DNA of 64,000 nucleotides from Phyllosticta citribraziliensis (Eukaryota): contig NW_027117340.1 of NCBI RefSeq assembly GCF_038025025.1, positions 2,294,001 through 2,358,000 of the forward strand, read 5' to 3'. Both the position numbers and the translations under genes were made by a program. Below are positions 60,706-64,000 of the stretch, piece by piece (position 1 is the stretch's first letter; every line of letters starts with the position of its first letter). Under the pieces are notes generated by a model, which did no database searches, had not been told where the DNA came from, and worked only from the letters and a program-made list of their open reading frames with translations.

Positions 60706-61160
60706 TCATGAAGCTGGTTGAGGAGAAATCAGAACGACCGAGTCGCCTCGTACAAACAGCATCTCGGACTGCTTCTTGACCGTCTGTATCCCGCAAGTTA
60801 GCCCGCATGTCCACACGCGCTGCTCGCAGATAATGTGTTGCGGCCCAGCATTGGACGCCTCTCTGTGGCAAGTACTAACCCGCACAACGTCGTCCTCGTT
60901 CTCGTCCTCCTCGACCACGTATATCGTCTCCTCGACATCGCCGAGAACCAAGTTGCAGTGCGAGTCGTAGGCCTGCATGCCTCCATGTCAGCTCGATTGC
61001 TCCTTTCTCTGTTTGCGTCTGCGCGACTTACGTGTAGCCGTCCTTGCAGTTCGCGATCGCCCCGTAGCTTGACAAACACGACCTCGTCAAGGCACAGGCG
61101 CACAAGGTCGAGCGGCTCGTTGACAGGCGCGCCGGCGCCAGCATCTTCGACGTCAGCCAT
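60706..61160 (-). CDS. LSM3: U6 snRNA-associated Sm-like protein LSm3
   Basis: Three exons: [29 protein letters not shown] / [16 protein letters not shown] / [14 protein letters not shown]. Confidence 0.96.
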
Positions 61161-61732
61161 CGGGTGGCTGCTCCAGCGGAAGGAAAGGTGGTAGAGCGTG
61201 GATTGCCGGGGTGGATGGTGGATTAGATGACCGAGTGGTCGAGCTGGCGCTGGTGGACATGTGCCCGTCGTCTGGCGTCGGAGCTAGTGCCAAGAGCGGC
61301 GGGGCGGAACGGAAGCTCGGAAGTCAGCTGAGTCCCGCTCCACCCGCTGCCGCCTCCCGTGCACATTGTCATTGCGAGGGAGCGGAGGACATGCTGCGGG
61401 ACGTGGAGAGCGCAAAGCCCCAGGCTTGTGCTTGCACGATTTCCGACGGCTGCAAACGATTCTATTTTGGCTCTTCGACAGCCTGAGGTCCGGTACTGCC
61501 TTGCAACGCACGTGATGTTGATTGGAGCTGATCTGCCCCGTCTGAAACTGCCACGACCATGACGTGCAATTCGTCGGATCAAGACTCCACCAACCCTGCC
61601 AGTCATCATTTACTCCAGATCCACCGTGGCTGCGCCTCCATCCATCCGTCCATCCATCTTTTGTAAACACCCTTCACGGCACTTCTCTCGCTCTCTCCAA
61701 CTTCACACCTCCCGCAACAGAAACCGCTCACC

Positions 61733-63769
61733 ATGGCCTCTCAAGACGAGCATCCCCTCCTCGCGGGGCGGCCCCCGGTCATGGATCACTTGACGTACCT
61801 TACCCTCATCGAGCACAACCTCACTCCGGAACTACTTCCAATGCTCCACACGGTTCTTCAAGATGCAGAGCTTACTGCCAACATTGGCTGGGACCTCGTC
61901 ATTCTGTTTCTTCCCCTTCTACCAGCGTCTGACATGTGCCTGCAAGACATTGCACGATTGGGAAATCCACGCGAGGTTTGCCTAAAGGTCACAGAGGCCC
62001 TGAGGCTCCTCGATTTCGAAAGTCAACAAGAAGAGGAGGATGACGACGAGGCTCTTGCGCGCGCAGCAGACAACGCCGTTCTAACAGACGACGAAAGCGT
62101 TGCCAGCAAGCAAGGCGAGTTTGCGCCGAACCGTTCCAAGGCTCCGCTCCCTGTCCTGCAGTTCAATGCGCTCCTCTCCATGCTCGCCATATTGCACCCG
62201 CGCATCAAGACAAAGTACCCCAGCCGCTTCCTGTCCACTTCTCTTCAGGCTGTGCTGAGTAGCTATGGCGAGGCTGGCGCTTACACGAGCGACCTAACCC
62301 CTGCGGTGACGCAATTCATCAAGACACTTTCTGGAACCAAGAGACCGCATCTTCCTCCCAGGACTAGCAGCTTTTCGGTGGCGAGCCCTCCCGCCACTGA
62401 ATCCGCTCCAGACCCAGAGGCCGCGCTGGAAGAAGCGACCCCTGAGGAGGACGAACTCCAAAAGAGGCTGCTGCAGTCCTTCCTGACCCACATCCTGGAA
62501 TATTATCTGGATTCTCTCAGCTCAGACGGGGATCTGCCAGCTCTGGCGGTGACCAGCAGAGTGCATGAGAAGCTTCACCCAGAGAGAACGATACCTAACA
62601 AGAAGTCTATCGCGGACCGCTTCAATGAAGAGGAGCCCTTGGTCGCGCGAATCGGCATCGTCGGCCAGCTGGCCGCTCTGGCAGTCGACCTGGAGCTGAG
62701 TTCGGACGATCTCTACAAGACCATCATCGACCCGACGCCGGAGGCGAAGAGCCTGTCGAACGAGGAAGACGACCCCCCAGCTTCGGCTTCGGACATTCCC
62801 CTTTCAAAAACAGGCGCACTCTATCTCTACACGAAGCGCAAGGTCGGCGAGACGCTGTACGATCAACCCTCGGATGCCAGGGACATGTCGATATTCCCCG
62901 ACCACGCAACCGTTTTGCAGAACTATGTTGGTGTCGAGTCGGCTGGAGACAGCGGATTTCACTCGGACGCTCTGATTGACTCGATTTTGGCCCTTGGTGT
63001 TTTGGCGGTGGAGAAAAACGAGGTGGGCGAGCCAAAGGAGGATGACGAGTTTGTGCGTTATCTCCAGACGACGTCGCTCCTCTCGGCCAACAATCCATCG
63101 CCTACCCTGCGCTACCACGCGCACTACCTCACGTCGACAGTCCTCCGCTCTCAACCATCGGATGTCGTGCGCCTATCATTCATCCGGGACACGCTCGAGC
63201 ACTGTCCGTACGAAAACCTCAAAGCCGTCGCCGTCGGTTGGCTCAAGGGCGAGACGGTAGAGGCCAACATGTCTGCCCTGCAACCCTCGAGCGGATCGTC
63301 CGGCCACTTGCACTCGCACTCGCGCAACGTCTCGACGTCGTCTGCCGTTTCCGAGGTCGTCACTCCTTCCATCTTCGCCACTCCCGTCGCTCTAGCTACC
63401 ACGGCGCCCTTCCTCTTTCCCGACCTCAGTTACGACCTGACGGGGCCGTCGCTCAGCGAGGCGTGGACCAAGTTCAAGCTGGACCTCGCCTTCTACCTTG
63501 CAACGCTCAACTTTTACATTCTCCTGCTGACGGCACAGCCGCTGCACAAGCAGCTGGACGTACAAGGCCTGCATGAGGGCAATGACGTGGGAGGCAGCTT
63601 TCTTCACCCGTTGCGCCAGGCAGCGCAGACTTTCAAGAAGGCGCTTGGTGAGGGAGGAGAGCTGGCGGCTGAAGGCGAGGATGTGGAGAGAGGGCTGGCC
63701 GAATTGAGTCTTTTGGAGCATGTTCTGGATCGGGTGGAGGAGGGCGTCAAAGCGCTGAATGCTGCGTGA
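61733..63769 (+). CDS. YAP-binding/Alf4/glomulin family protein (Ybp1-like)
   Basis: 678-aa intronless ORF with IGWDL, IARLGNPRE, RIKTKYPSRFL, FIRDTLEHCPYENLK. Confidence 0.82.
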   Translation: MASQDEHPLLAGRPPVMDHLTYLTLIEHNLTPELLPMLHTVLQDAELTANIGWDLVILFLPLLPASDMCLQDIARLGNPREVCLKVTEALRLLDFESQQEEEDDDEALARAADNAVLTDDESVASKQGEFAPNRSKAPLPVLQFNALLSMLAILHPRIKTKYPSRFLSTSLQAVLSSYGEAGAYTSDLTPAVTQFIKTLSGTKRPHLPPRTSSFSVASPPATESAPDPEAALEEATPEEDELQKRLLQSFLTHILEYYLDSLSSDGDLPALAVTSRVHEKLHPERTIPNKKSIADRFNEEEPLVARIGIVGQLAALAVDLELSSDDLYKTIIDPTPEAKSLSNEEDDPPASASDIPLSKTGALYLYTKRKVGETLYDQPSDARDMSIFPDHATVLQNYVGVESAGDSGFHSDALIDSILALGVLAVEKNEVGEPKEDDEFVRYLQTTSLLSANNPSPTLRYHAHYLTSTVLRSQPSDVVRLSFIRDTLEHCPYENLKAVAVGWLKGETVEANMSALQPSSGSSGHLHSHSRNVSTSSAVSEVVTPSIFATPVALATTAPFLFPDLSYDLTGPSLSEAWTKFKLDLAFYLATLNFYILLLTAQPLHKQLDVQGLHEGNDVGGSFLHPLRQAAQTFKKALGEGGELAAEGEDVERGLAELSLLEHVLDRVEEGVKALNAA

Positions 63770-64000
63770 TGAGGCAAATGGTCGCAGCAGCATAGGGTTA
63801 GGTCGTTTTGTGCATGGATCGGATATTTGTGGGCGAACGGGTTTGTTCTGAGGCGAGATGCAAGAATCGATAATTATTTCTGTACCTCTGACGACATGGA
63901 TTGCAAGGGGTGAGTTACACGTGGGGAGGGCAGAGCACGCGGGGGGCGTTCAGGGAGGGCCGACTGGACACCTCCCCCTCCCTCCCGCCAGCAGGCGCTA

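Noticed and set aside
59110..60706. snoRNA or ncRNA between the cyclin and LSM3 (hairpin GGACGAG...CTCGTCC near 59560-59595)
   Set aside because: A single hairpin without H/ACA or C/D boxes; the short ORFs here have no recognisable features.
63793..63802. Telomeric repeat or telomerase RNA template (TAGGGTTAGG)
   Set aside because: Fewer than two repeat units, lying in the 3' flank of a CDS; expected by chance.

Overview
Gene-dense eukaryotic DNA from a filamentous ascomycete. Pezizomycotina is inferred from short GT-AG introns with CTRAC/CTAAT branch sites and from the gene content; Dothideomycete-like is my impression only. About 25 protein genes can be supported: the 3' end of ADA3/NGG1, a secreted BBE-type FAD oxidase, NUP188, a secreted uncharacterised protein, a half-size MetE-like protein, CDK8/SSN3, an MFS sugar porter, NTH1, HCS1, dynactin p25, an amino-acid permease, an epimerase/reductase, a DUF1749 hydrolase, a transglutaminase-like protease, a Zn2Cys6 factor, a B-type cyclin, LSM3, a YBP1-like protein and several hypotheticals. 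I found no tRNA, rRNA, CRISPR array or recognisable transposon. The most unusual observations are: (1) a 94-aa, ~48% His ORF with a TATA box and good start context; (2) a tandem paralog pair whose second copy has a frameshift that is exactly cancelled if its intron is retained; (3) a compact multi-stem, pseudoknot-capable non-coding element just downstream of that pair; (4) an orphan gene with a 5-nt first coding exon; (5) a forkhead-site cluster upstream of the cyclin. All family assignments are from recalled motifs and manual translation; no searches were run.
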